Source: Octopus vulgaris (taxonomy: Eukaryota). Taken from it: a DNA stretch of 64,000 nucleotides. Shown here one piece after another: positions 30,998-43,925 of this stretch; positions within the stretch are counted from its first letter, which is position 1, and every line of letters starts with the position of its first letter. The stretch spans positions 1,736,001 through 1,800,000 of the forward strand of contig OX597842.1 in NCBI GenBank assembly GCA_951406725.2, read 5' to 3'. The translations under genes and the position numbers were made by a program. Below the pieces are notes generated by a model. That model had not been told where the DNA came from. It did no database searches and saw nothing but the letters and a program-made list of their open reading frames with translations.

Positions 30998-32483
30998 ATA
31001 TATATATATGTGTGTGTGTGTGTGTATGAAATGTACCATTGAGAAGTCAAGTTTTAATAACCGCCCACCACTCAACCGAGCAATGTCACAGCCGATTTCA
31101 TCTGTCTGGGTTCTTAAGAATTGGTTCTGAGAGTATCAGGTGACAGCAAAAAACCCCATCTTTTTGGTTCCGAAGCGTTCCGACCATGTGTCTTACAAAA
31201 GTACATTGCTTTCTCCTCATTACTTCGGTCTGCGTGCGTGAAATATCGTTTTTCGCTCCCAGCATGTAATCTTCCTGATGGTGGTATTGGCAGTGGTGGT
31301 GTAGGTGGTAGTGGTACCGTTGCTACTGGTGGTGCTGGCGCTTCTGTTGTTGTTGCTTTAAAGGATTTGGTTTGTCGGTTGACATGGGGCGTCCATCTGT
31401 TGGAAATTCACCTCAGCGAATGCTTGCCGACCCATGCAGACATGGAAAAGTGGACATAAAAAGACTTTGAAGATGATGATGAGGAGGAGAGGGAGGATGG
31501 ATGCACGTGCATGTGTGTCTGTGTTTTCTGTGTGTGTGTGTTGTCTTTGCTTCCCCAACTCTTTGACAACTGGTGTTAGTTTGTTTACATCCCCCTGACT
31601 TAGTCGTTTGGCCAAACTGGCCAGTACATTGGGAAACACTTAAAAATGAGTACTGAGAATAATTTGTTTGACCAATCTCTTCAAGGCAGTGCTCCAGCAT
31701 GGCTGCAGTCCAATGATCTGAAACAAATTAAATAGCATAGTGGCTTGGCCAAAAGTCATGCACCAAATCATTAGACATTTTATTAATATTACCTTATTAT
31801 TGTCATTATTATTATTATTATTATTATGGCAGTGAGCTGGCAGAAACGTTAGCCCACCAGGAGAAATGCTCAGCAATATTTTATCTGCCGTTACGTTCTG
31901 AGTTCAAATTCCACCAAGGTCAACTTTGCCTTTCATTCTTTTGGGGTCAATTAAATAAGTACCAGTTATGTAGGGTCATTGAAATTGGCTTAATCCCTAC
32001 CCACAAATTTGAGGCCTTGTGCTTTCAGTAGAAAGAATTATTATTATTATTAATTATTATTCATTTTGTTCATTTACCTGTGTATTCACCTTCATTTTAT
32101 TTATTTTATTCAATTTAAAAAAAGTTGAAGCACATCTTTGACAATTCTGGAGCATATCGTACTTATTTTGTGCATAACTTTTGGCCCACCCTGTATATCT
32201 GTGTGAGTGCATTTATGGATGGTTCCGGGTTCAGTCCCACTGCGTGGCACCTTAGGCAAGTGTCTTCTACTATAGCCTTGGGCTGACCAAAGCCTTGTGA
32301 GTCGATTTGATAGACAGAAACTGGAAGAAGCTTGTTGTATATATATATATTGGAAAAAACGGTAAGATAACAAAAGAAAGAAAGAGACCTCAATATTATG
32401 TGACAATAAATAAATAAAGGTGAATGAACAAAATGAATAATAATAATAATAATAATAATAATGATGATGATGATGATGATGAT

Positions 32484-33041
32484 AAATGCCCTGATGCAGT
32501 ACCAGGCAGTGGCTCTCATGGCTTCTGATCTTAACTGATTGGAAGTGTTATCATGTACATTGTTTTGTCTTGGTATAAAAGATGGGCTACAGCAAATATT
32601 CTGCTCAATACCACAGATTTGCTTGTCAGTTGTTTGACCTTAACCAGTTGAGCATGCCCCTTAGTGGCTGACAATATGTGCATCTCTGATCACGAGCAGA
32701 AGTAGTGGGGGAGCATCATGGCCATGTGTTGAGAGGGATTCTTTGGAGCTTTAAGAATTCACCTCTGGAAACATGGGTGTTTCGTTCAACATCTTTAAAC
32801 AACCCTTATTCAAGGACCTTTCGAGTGGGATGGGTTACTCGACCTGAAGAAAATTCTAACTAGGCCCCACCTGCAAGGTCATGCGCTGTTTATCTTGATA
32901 TGAGATCACCATGTCGTGCACATATGGTTGTGATGCATGTGCCTAGTGTACCCTTATCAGACGGGTAGTCATGATGGGTATACTGGGCTTCGTACATTTT
33001 ACCCCAGTGTCACTTTGAAGGCATGAACTGTTCTCTCACTC

Positions 33042-33042
<1 letters not shown>
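32484..33042. mobile_element. ~560-bp non-coding interspersed element flanked by (TAA)n
   Basis: Homologous copies in the opposite orientation at 20551-21036 and 60463-61005, both also abutting (TTA)n. Confidence 0.8.
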
Positions 33043-33089
<47 letters not shown>

Positions 33090-34078
33090 TCTTTCTGCCG
33101 GAAGTACAAGATAACCGAAGAGATGGTGTTGTGGATTTCCACCTCGGCATCCGAAACTCAGAGTTTTATCTTGGCTATTGAATAATTGTCACATATTATT
33201 TTACAGATATATATATGTATATATCTGTGTGTGTGTATGTGTTTTTGTGTCTGTGTTTGTTTCCCTGTCACTGCTTAGCAACTGGTGTTGGTGTGTTTAT
33301 GTCCCCATTGCTTAGCAGTTTGACGAAAGAGACCAATAGAATATGTACTATGCTTTAAAATGTCCTGCTCAAGGCGGTGCTCCAGCATGGCCACAGTCAA
33401 ATGATTGAAGCAAATATTTGAATAAAAGAATTTGCATATTACACAGACATATCGTCCTCTATGGTTTCTGAAGGTGACCCGTCCTCCACAGCAGAAGTGT
33501 TAAGGCTGCACTACCTGGTGAGGAGGATTGGCCAGGAAGAGTCCCTTGCTGGTACCATGTACGAGGCACTCTTGCCGGCTTCATGTTAGACCACCTGTGC
33601 CAGTGCCGCATAGGAGCACTTGTACTAGTGCCACTTTCAAGGCACTCTGCACATGCTGTAAAATGGTTTGCATCAGGAAGGGCATCCAGCCATAAAAACT
33701 ATGCCCAAACAGTGAATACTGGCGCAGCCCTCTGGTTTGCCAGCTCGGGTCAAACTTTCCAACCCATGTCTGCATGGAAAATGGACTTTGAAGGATGATG
33801 ATGATGACATATAAACATGCATACATATATATACACGTATGCTTATATACATATACTCAGATACAGAGAAAATTTGGTTTAAATGTTTGACAACTCAACA
33901 CTGTCCATTGGACGGGTGGGGTGGGGGGCGTTTTGTTCTTGATTTAAATATTTTGAAAACCAACGTTGTTTTCTAAACCAGAATACAATATATCTTCTGT
34001 GACTCCACTGAAATATGAAGACATAAAATTCTTATCGATGGAGATATTTGTGTATGTTGGAGGTGTATAGATATAATA

Positions 34079-34385
34079 TCTTTATATATAAAATTGAAGT
34101 TGTGTGCGTGAGACCCTGTCTCCTCCGATTTAGATTCCTAACTACTCCCACATTTTGCGGTGCAGTTTAACCAAAAGCGGGTATCTTATAGTTGTCATTC
34201 ATATCGAGCCCTTCTGGGTATTAGCGCACGTCTACGATGGGTCTACGATTTAAAAAAAATTTACCATCATTTTTCCGCATTTTTAATGATTTTTTGCTCG
34301 GGTTGTATAAGGGAAGTAACTCTCTAAAAATGCTTATATAGTTATTTCCCTTAGAAACCTGAGCAACGCCTGGCGATACTGCTAG
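34079..34385 (+). mobile_element. Non-autonomous Helitron
   Basis: a|TC...cctgagcaacgcctggcgatactgCTAG|t. Confidence 0.8.
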
Positions 34386-34415
34386 TATATATATTGTGTT
34401 TTTGTCTGTTTGTAG

Positions 34416-34562
34416 GGAGGTGGATCACCTCAGTTCAAGTCAGAAAGATTCCGGTACCATTACTCGAAGACTCCTGGTCCTGGCACTTATAATGTTAAAC
34501 AGACCAATGAGATGCAGAGCATACGAAGGGCCGACACTGAATTGATGAGACCAGTTTTTAAG
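34416..34562 (+). CDS. STPG2: Internal coding exon of a sperm-tail PG-rich repeat (SHIPPO-repeat) protein, STPG2-like
   Basis: Acceptor ttgtgtttttgtctgtttgtAG|GGA and donor AAG|GTttgt. 147 bp, phase 0/0, open frame GGGSPQFKSERFRYHYSKTPGPGTYNVKQTNEMQSIRRADTELMRPVFK containing the RF-x6-TPGPGTYN SHIPPO repeat. Joins in phase to the exon at 62169. Confidence 0.85.
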
Positions 34563-34884
34563 GTTTGTTGGCTATTAAGGATCTTGGTGTGTGTATGTGT
34601 GTGTGTTTGTGTCTTTCTGTTTCTGTGTGTGTTAGTGGTGGTTTTTATTGTTGGTGGTCTTTTTAGGGATTGTGGTAGTGGTGTTGGTGGTATTGGTTAT
34701 GGTAATGGTGGTAGTATGCTTGTTCTTGTTGGTGGTGACTGTGGTGTTGGCAGTGGGGGTCATCGCCTTGGTGTTAGTGTTGTTGTTGTTGGTGATGCTG
34801 ATGGTGGTAGTATGGTTGTCCTTGTTAGTGGTTGTTCTTGATGGTGGTGTTGGTGGATGGCATTGTCATTGATGTTGCTTCCAT

Positions 34885-36108
34885 ATAACCCCAGGCTGTC
34901 CCTGTTCTTAAAGAATCATAATCAAAGACATTCCAGCTTTGGCCACCCTGTCTAATGATTTATCCTGTGGAAAGACTATATTAAAGAATATGTTTGTTCC
35001 TTCTCGAGCCATGCCTGGCTCATAGGGCCGGTTTCCTTGGCCAGGAATAGTACCTATTAGTGAATATAGTGGTTGTTAAAACCCAGGTCAGCCCTGATCC
35101 AGACAGACCTATTGTCAAAGATGTTCCAGCTGTGACCATCCCATCTTTTATTTAGACATAATGTATCTAGGACTACATTACTCAACTTGTTCCTTTCATT
35201 AAGACAGTGATTTCTGAGGGAGACTTAGCTGTTACTTCTAACAGGCTGAATAACTGCATAGAGGTCTCCCTCATTATTGCTGTGGTTGTTGTTTTGCTCC
35301 AAGTCATATCAACAGAGGTAGTAGTAGCTGCGGTAGTAGCAGTAGTAGTAGTAGTAGTGGTGGTGGTGGTGGTGGTGGTGGTGGTGGTGGTAGTAGTAGC
35401 CCCAGGTCAGCCTTGATCCAGACAGACCTACGATCAAAGACGTTCCAACTGTGACCATTACATTTATTCAGACACTGTATCTAGGACTACATTTCTCTTT
35501 TACTCTTTTTCCTCTTTTACTTGTTTCAGTCATTTGACTGTGGCCATGCTGGAGCACCACCTTTAGTCAAGCAAATCAACCCCAGGACTTATTTTTTGTA
35601 CTGTAGTCGCTATTAGTGGATACAGTGGTTGTTTAAACCCAGGTCAGCCCTGATCCAATCAGACCTATAGTCAAAGACGTTCCAGCTGTGACCATTCCAT
35701 CTTTTATTCAGACATAGTGTATCTAGGACTACATTACAGTACAGTACAGTAGTCCCTATTAGTAAATATAGTGGTTGTTTAAACCCAGGTCAGCCCTGAT
35801 CCAGACAGATCTATAGCCAAAGACATTCCAGCTGTGACCATCCCATCTTTTATTCAGACATAGTGTATCTAGAACTACATTATCTAATGTATAGTATAGT
35901 AGTTAGTATTAGTGGTTATAGTTGTTGCTGTTGTTTAGCCCTTGGTCAGTGTATCTGGGACTACATTACTCAACTTGTCCCTTTCATTAAGACAGTGATT
36001 TCTTAGCTGTTACTTCTAGCAGGCTGAATAACTGCATAGAGGTCTCCCTCATTGTTGCTGTGGTTGTTGTTTTGCTCCAAGTCATATCAACAGAGGAGTA
36101 GTAGCTGC

Positions 36109-36125
<17 letters not shown>
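34885..36125. repeat. Degenerate tandem array of a ~120-bp unit plus a ~160-bp local duplication
   Basis: Unit cccaggtcagccctgatcc...ttccagctgtgaccatcccatcttttattcagacatagtgtatctaggactacatt. Smaller arrays at 12870-13100 and 14985-15370; single unit at 40070-40180. Confidence 0.8.
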
Positions 36126-36141
<16 letters not shown>

Positions 36142-37379
36142 TGTTATAATCAGTATTTTATATGTAAGTTCTTGCTGGGAATGACAGCTGTGGGTGTGTG
36201 TGTGTGTTTTTGTTTTTGACGGTGGTGATGGTGGTGGTGGTGGTTTCGATGTTGGGTGGGTTAAGAAATGCAGTGGGGTGCAACTGAAGCTAAAACCCTG
36301 CATCTACCACCTTCACCACCACCACCACCACCACCACCACCACCACCACCACCACTACCATCACCACAAACACCATCTTCGCCACAAGCACCACCACAAC
36401 CACACCACCACCATCATTACAAGTACCACCATGACCACCACCACTACCATCACCACAAATACTGCTATCACCACCACAACCACCAACACCACAACCACCA
36501 GAACCACAAACACCTCTCATCATGATCACCACCATCATTACAACTACCACCATTACCACTAATACTACCACTACTACTCTAATTGCTACCGCCACCATCA
36601 GTACCACAACCATCACCAACATCTCCACCACCAGTAGCCCTACCACAACCATTACCACTATCACCACCACCACCGCTACTACTACTACTACTGCCAATAC
36701 TACCACCCCACTGCCCTCCCCTGTTGCCGTACTCCCCCCTCCTACCTCTTATGCTATCACTGGTCACTCGCCCTTGGCCCATGTTTCCGGCACTACACCC
36801 ACCACCCTTCATCCCCCACCACCACCAACGCCACCATATGCATCTCCCCTCCCCCCGCCACATGCCACTTCCCCCCCTCCACCTCTCCTCACCCCTCTTC
36901 CTTGAAAAATTCTGGGAGTTTCATTTGGAATTCTGGAGGCAGTTGGCTATGAAATTGAGTTTTTCGAAAAGCGATACAACCCCCTGCCACGAAACAGCCC
37001 CCACTCCACCTCCAATCCACCCATAGGCCTCTTCCATCCCCCCCTTTCACTAAACCCATCCCACCCATCTGCGAACATATGTACCTTACACCCCCCTGCC
37101 ACCACCCAATTTCTCACACACACACAAACTATCTCCTGCCCGTGTGCTTCCAACCCCTGTACCGCCTACACCTGCTCCCCTTTCTACATACCTACCCCCT
37201 AACACTCTCCACTTTTTCATATCTCCTCTCACCCCCACCTTGTCTCCTCCTTTTATTTTGTTTTGTTTTATGTTTTTTTTTTTCCAATTGAATACCCCTA
37301 ACCCAAATTTTATATAGATATATGCCTTGTGTGTGTGTGTGTGTGTGTTGGTTTGTTGACAAATGAAATTGTAATCGGC

Positions 37380-37920
37380 ATCTTCATCTTTGCCATCGTC
37401 ATCATCATCATCGTCGTCATGAGCATAATCGTCACTGTCATTGACATCATTGTTGTTATTCTTACTATCATCAACATTGTCATTATTATCGTCCTCATCA
37501 TGAATGCCATCATTATCAACATCCTCCTCCTCCACATCCTCCTCCTCCTCATCATCCTCCTCCACATCCTCCTCATCATCATCACCATCATCATCATCAC
37601 CACCATCATCATCATCATCATCATCATTACCATCATCATCATCATTACTATCATCATCATCATCATCATCATTATCATCATCATCATCACTATCATCATC
37701 ATCATCACCATCATCATTACCATCATCATTACTATCATCATCATCATCACCATCATCATTACCATCATCATTACTATCATCTTCATCGTGATCACTATCA
37801 TCATCATCATCATTACTATTCTCATCATCATCATCATCATCATCCTCCTCATCATTACTACCATCATCATCATCACCGCTATCACCATCACTATTACCAT
37901 CACCTTCATCATCATCTTGG
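37380..37920. repeat. (CAT)n/(CCT)n trinucleotide field
   Basis: Direct inspection. Similar fields at 18670-19150, 19730-20010 and 36300-36900. Confidence 0.95.
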
Positions 37921-38740
37921 AATCTCACGCAGTTTGGAATCAAAAGAGTTTCAACCCTTTTCACCATCTTTCTGTTAAAATACTTTTTTACGCTTAATTT
38001 TGAAAATAGCAAATAATTTAATACTACAAATATCATTATTAAGCTGGTGTTTGGCTCATAAATAAACAAACTTTTGATGGAAGGTTTTTAACTTAGATCA
38101 CTTTAACCCTTTGGTTACCATATTTCTTTTGAAATACACTGTCTTTGTTTCAATTACTTTTGGAAGTAAAGAATTTAGTTAAAATAATTTAGTCATTATT
38201 AATCTGGTGTTTACTACTTAACTTTACATGAAATTATAATGAAAGATTTTAAATTAGATTACTTAAACTGTTTTGGTTACTATATTTCTCTTGAACATTT
38301 GTTTCAAATATTTTTGAAAATAGTGAAGAATGTAATAAAATTTGTCATCATTAAACTGATGTTTGGGACATAAATGAACAGGAGTAGCTGTGTGGTAAGT
38401 AGCTTGCTTACCAACCACATGTTTCCGGGTTCAGTCCCACTGCATGGCACCTTGGGCAAATGCCTTCTACTATAGCCTCGGTCCAACTAAAGCCTTGTGA
38501 GTGGATTTGGTAGATGGAAACTGAAAGAAGCCTGTCGTATCTATCTATCTGTCTGTCTGTCTGTCTATCTATCTAGCTATATATATATATATATATATAT
38601 TACGGAGATGTACTCGCATAGCAAGTAATTTGATCTGAGATTGTGTGCTGAAACGAAAACAATTGCAGCGTGGAAGGTGTTTATAAGCCATTTAAGAAAC
38701 ACACAAAAGCCGTTCGATTCACTTCAACATTTAAGTTTAA

Positions 38741-38790
38741 TTTGTCAAAATATTTTCGTCACTAAAATCCGCGACCTGTTCACTGACAAA
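38741..38790 (-). ncRNA. Minimal type I hammerhead with G3:C8 core covariation, inside a ~210-bp (TA)n-embedded element (~38600-38810)
   Basis: tttgtca-GTGAACA-G-gtcgc-ggatttta-gtgac-GAAA-atat-TT-tgacaaa: 7-bp stem I, 5-bp stem II, palindromic AATATT stem III. Confidence 0.65.
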
Positions 38791-38842
38791 GTCCGTGCTG
38801 TATCTCAGTATATATATCATCATCATCATCATCATTATATAC

Positions 38843-38966
<124 letters not shown>

Positions 38967-39112
38967 ATATACATACATATATACATACATATATATACAT
39001 ATATATATATGTATATACATTTATATATATATATATACATATATACATACATATATATATATATATATATACATACATATGTATATACATTTATATATAT
39101 ATATATACATAT

Positions 39113-39145
<33 letters not shown>

Positions 39146-39230
39146 CATACATATATACATACATATATATATATATATATACATACATATATACATACAT
39201 ATATATATATATATACATACATATATACAT

Positions 39231-39317
<87 letters not shown>

Positions 39318-41155
39318 TGCATGTGTGTGTGTATATGTGTGTGTGTCCCCAACATCGCTTGACAACTTGAGACCGATAGAATAAGTAGTAGGCTTATGAA
39401 GAATAAGTCCTGGGGTCGATTTGCTCGACTAAAGGTGGTGCTCCAGCATGGCTGCAGTCAAAATGTAGAGGAGTAAAGGGTATGTAATTTTGAAGGAAGG
39501 ATTGAACTTAAATCCTTTTAAAACAAGAAGTTTGTATCATTTTGCATCATAGAATCGAGGTTGGTCTCAGGCGTATCCATATCAATAATGAAGTATTTAG
39601 CCAAAAAATAAATTCATTACTACTGCAACATTAATTAGCATGAAATTTTGATGGATGGTTTTAATTTTGATTACTTTAAACCTTTTGCATTGGATCTAAT
39701 GATATTGGCCCAAATATTCTATATGTTTAATTTACATTTGACAGAATAGGAGTGGCTGTGTGGTAAGTAGCTTGCTTACCAACCTCATGGTTCTGGGTTT
39801 ATTCCCACAGCGTGGCACCTTGGGCAAGGGTCTTCTACTATAGTCTTGGGCCAACCAAAGCCTTGTGAGTGGATTTGGTTGACGGAAACTGAAAGAAGCC
39901 CATTGTATGTATGTATATGTATATATATGTGTGTGTGTCTGTGTTTGTCCCCCCAACATCACTTGACAACCGATGCTGGTGTGTTTATGTCCCCGTAACT
40001 TGGCAGTTCGGCAAAAGAGACTGATAGAATAAGTAGTAGGCTTACAAGGATCGATTTCCTTGACTAATTGTGGTTGTTTAAACCAAGGTCAGCCCTGATC
40101 CAATCAGACCTATAGTTAAAGACATTCCAGCTGTGACCATCCCATCTTTTATTCAGACATAGTGTATCAGACATAGTGTATCCAGGCGGTGCTCCAGCAT
40201 GGCCACAGTCAAATGACTGAAACAAATAAAAGTAATAAAGTTAAATAAGCATTGCATTTGACAGAGTAATCCAGATGCTAGGGGATTACACCTAATTACT
40301 CCACCGGTTTTATATTCAAATCAGCAAGATCCGGCCTCTCACACATCTTCTGCAATGTCATTCTAGATATAAACAATCACAACATAGAAATCTCAAAGCT
40401 ATGAGATAAGCCATGATTAATTCGAAACAATGGGAATAAATAATCATTACTTTGGAAATGTTTAAAGTCCAAACAAGAATTTGGTTCATAAAACTGGAGC
40501 CAGTCTCCAACTGGTTGATGTCAAATGAGTTAACTCTTTTGATACCATCTTTCTATTCAAATACAATGTCTGTCTTTCAATTAATTTTGAAAAATAATGA
40601 GGTATTTAGCAAAATAATTTGGTTATTATTAAGCTTGTGTTTGGAACACAAATTAACATTGAGTTTTGATGGAAGATCTTAATTCCGATCTCTTTAACCC
40701 TTTTTGTGGCTGTATTTCTGTTGGAATTCGCTGTCATTGTTCCAATTAATTTTGAAAATAACAAAGAATTTAGTAAAATAGCTTTGCCGTTATCAAGCTG
40801 GTTCTTAGAATATAAATTAACCTGAGATTTTGATGGAGGGTTTTAATTTAGATCTCTTTAAAACAGGAAGTTTGATTCAGGGAACCCTGGTTACTCTCTG
40901 GCAGGTTGGTCTCAATGGAAGATAATGAAGGAATTAGTAAAAGAACATTGCCATAATTGAGTTGGTGTTGGAACAAAATTAACATGAAATATTAATGAAG
41001 GGTTTTAATTAAGATCTCTATAAAACAGCAAGTTTGCATCATAGAACCAAAGGAAGGGTTGTCTAAGACAGGTTGATGTCGAAAGGGCCAACAGTTTTTG
41101 TTGCCAGATTTCTGTAGAAATACACTGCCTTTGTTTCAGTTAAGTTTTAGAATAA

Positions 41156-41549
41156 CTAGCAGTATCGCCCAGCGTTGCTTGGGTTTGTTTCGACCCTTTA
41201 GAATTGGAATTTTTGAAAAGTAAAAATTTTGCATTATGTAGCTTGTTATTCTCTTCAAGTGAACATTTTTCTGGTTGAAATACACCGAAAAAAGGCGACA
41301 CAGCAGTCAAAAAATCGTAAAAAATAGGGATTTTCATAGAAAAAAAGCACCTTTTTGATGTAAATAATTTTTGGTGTTAACATGGTCCGATTTGAATTTT
41401 TTCTACTATGGAATGAAGAGCAAGCCTTCTTCTATCATACTCTCAATTTTGGTCAACTTGCGCTGCAGGGTCTTGGAGGAGATAATGTTAGTTGAAGGTT
41501 ACCAAACCTGCCACACTCAAACAACTTCAGCTTTATATATGGAGAGAGA
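41156..41549 (-). mobile_element. Non-autonomous Helitron
   Basis: TC start, CTAG end with subterminal hairpin; homologous to 3316-3669. Confidence 0.75.
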
Positions 41550-41564
41550 TGAGGAATTTTGTAA

Positions 41565-41770
41565 GTGTTTCAGATTGCTAGACAGTGTTTGAGAGAAAAT
41601 CATGATGTCATAGGAGAGAAATGTATCCACATGGAAGATGGTTCACTTGCATTTAATGATTCTGCAAAGAGTCTTGGAAACACCATTATGAAAGGCTGCT
41701 AAATGTAGAAAATAAATGGGAGAAGGAGAGTCTGCCAATTGTTGACCCAGTTGAGGGACCAGTTATCCGA
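41565..41770 (+). mobile_element. RTE-clade LINE ORF fragment
   Basis: VFQIARQCLRENHDVIGEKCIHMEDGSLAF.../WKHHYERLLNVENKW...PVEGP, the EN-RT linker, with a frameshift. Confidence 0.7.
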
Positions 41771-42184
41771 AACGAACTCTTGAAGCAAGTCTTTTAAAAA
41801 CAATTTATTTTAGTAGTTTTGACTTTAAGAGTCCCTCCTAGCGTGTGGCATTTATGTGTAATAATGCCCTCTATATAATATAAATATATATATCTAAGTG
41901 AAAAAAATTGATGGATTTTTTCTCTTATGAGCTTTTTCATGCTAACTACTTGATAAATTCTTATGAAGATTTTATCCTATTTTTAAATTGTAAATTTAAC
42001 TGGTGTATATTCAATACTGAATTTTTATTCCGAATAAGCACGTTATTACCAAAATGCAATTTGAAAAAGCCCACCATTTACATAGATGTATAAGGGGTAA
42101 ACATTTCTACATGCTGCGTTGGATACGATAGTTGTTTGCCTGGTATGTTGTTTTTGTTCATTCATTATATATCTTGAATTATGC

Positions 42185-42248
42185 TTGCACTGAGGAGTAA
42201 AAAGTGCATACCACTGCACTGATTACAAAATCACAGTGTGATATGCAG
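42185..42248 (+). ncRNA. Type I hammerhead with G12A lesion, in an element ending at (TA)n near 42375
   Basis: ttgca-CTGAGGA-gtaa..agtgca/tgcact..ttac-AAAA-tcac-agt-gtga-TA-tgcag. All three stems pair; CGAAA>CAAAA fits CpG decay. Confidence 0.7.
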
Positions 42249-42374
42249 CTGAATTCTGTTTTTAAATGACTTGCTTCAAGAGTTGGTTTTGGTACGATAT
42301 GTTTATTTTAGTAGTTTTGACTGTAAGAGTCCCTCCTAGCATGTGGCATTTATGTGTAATAATGCCCTCTATAT

Positions 42375-42410
<36 letters not shown>

Positions 42411-42758
42411 CATATAAGAGAGTGGTCACTATGTGGCTCACTCTAGCACTAGAAATAGATCCAATAGGTTTCAGCCACAAAATAAATGTTTCCAATGAAA
42501 GTCAGCACGATTGTTAGCTCAAACAAACAGGGCAAATAAAAATAACAAAAATACAGATTATTTTGGGACAATTGTTTCGCTGTTATTGAATTATCCGAAT
42601 ATAATCAACTCGATCGCACGCCAGATTTTTACCATAACGATAAATACGCGTGCGGTCCAGCCGATTACACTCACCGTTATAATTCAAATGCCCCTACCAA
42701 CAGCGCGCCAAACTTTCACGGAAACAGATACTACATTTAGAAATAAATGCAGTATAAT

Positions 42759-43025
42759 TATAATTAATTAATAAGGGTGATAGAATTAGATACTAATTTA
42801 ATAGTAACGCTATTCAACACCGAGTGGCCCAGTGCACAGAGAAACCTGGATTATTATAATATTTTATAATATATTATAATATTTTATACATATATGTATT
42901 TATGTATAAAATATTATAATATATTATAAAATATTATAATAATCCAGGTTTCTCTGTGCACTGGGCCACTCGGTGTTGAATAGCGTTACTATTAAATTAG
43001 TATCTAATTCTATCACCCTTATTAA

Positions 43026-43034
<9 letters not shown>
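42759..43034. repeat. Palindrome with 134-bp arms and an 8-nt spacer
   Basis: 42759-42892 is the reverse complement of 42901-43034, with no mismatch seen by eye. Confidence 0.92.
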
Positions 43035-43056
<22 letters not shown>

Positions 43057-43651
43057 CTCTTTTACTCTCTTTTACTCTTTTACTTGTTTCAGTCATTTGA
43101 CTGTGGCCATGCTGGAGCACCGCCTTTAATTGAGCAACTCGACCCCGGGACTTATTCTTTTGTAAGCCTAGTACTTATTCTATCGGTCTCTTTTGCCGAA
43201 TCGCTAAGTAACGGGAACATAAACACACCAGCATTGGTTGTCAAGCAATGCTAGGGGGACAAACACAGACACACATACATATACACATACATACATATAT
43301 ATATATTTATATATACGACAGGCTTCTTTCAGTTTCCATCTACCAAATCCACTCACAAAGCTTGGTTGGCCTGTGGCTATAGTAGAAGACACTTGCCCAA
43401 GGTGCCACGCAGTGAGACTGAACCCGGAACCATGTGGTCGGTAAACAAGCTACTTACCACACAGCCACTCCTGCTCCTATATATATATATGTATATATAT
43501 AAATATAAGAGAGTGGTCACTATGTGGCTCACTCTGGCACTAGAAATAGATCCAATAGGTTTCAGCCACAAAATAAATGTTTCCAATGAAAGTCAGCACG
43601 ACTGTTAGCTCAAACGAACAGGGCAAATAAAAATAACAAAAATACAGATTA

Positions 43652-43731
43652 TTTTGGGACAATTGTTTCGCTATTAATGAATTAAATGTAATTTTACTCA
43701 CAGTAATTCACTTGTAGCTCATCAGCCAAAA
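43652..43731 (-). ncRNA. Canonical type I hammerhead ribozyme
   Basis: ttttgg-CTGATGA-gcta...tagc-GAAA-caattg-TC-ccaaaa: full core, G10.1-C11.1 pair, GUC triplet, palindromic stem III. Predicted cut between 43658 and 43657. Confidence 0.88.
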
Positions 43732-43884
43732 CCATCTAAAATACAATATATGTATATATATGTATATTGGCCTGCTTGCTTAGCCAGCGGGGTGGCGTCA
43801 TTTGAAGGCTAAAACAATGCGAACGCATTGTCACCAGCGATGTGTAGCAGCATCTGATGGTCTGGTCTGTCACTTGATCACGTG

Positions 43885-43925
<41 letters not shown>

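Noticed and set aside
34885-35960. Regularly spaced repeats resembling a CRISPR array
   Set aside because: Eukaryotic context, whole ~120-bp units are homologous with no unique spacers, and no cas genes.
37086-38069. 327-aa Asp-rich ORF resembling an acidic biomineralisation protein
   Set aside because: Runs from a MITE remnant through a (GAT)n microsatellite into CA repeats; other frames are equally open.
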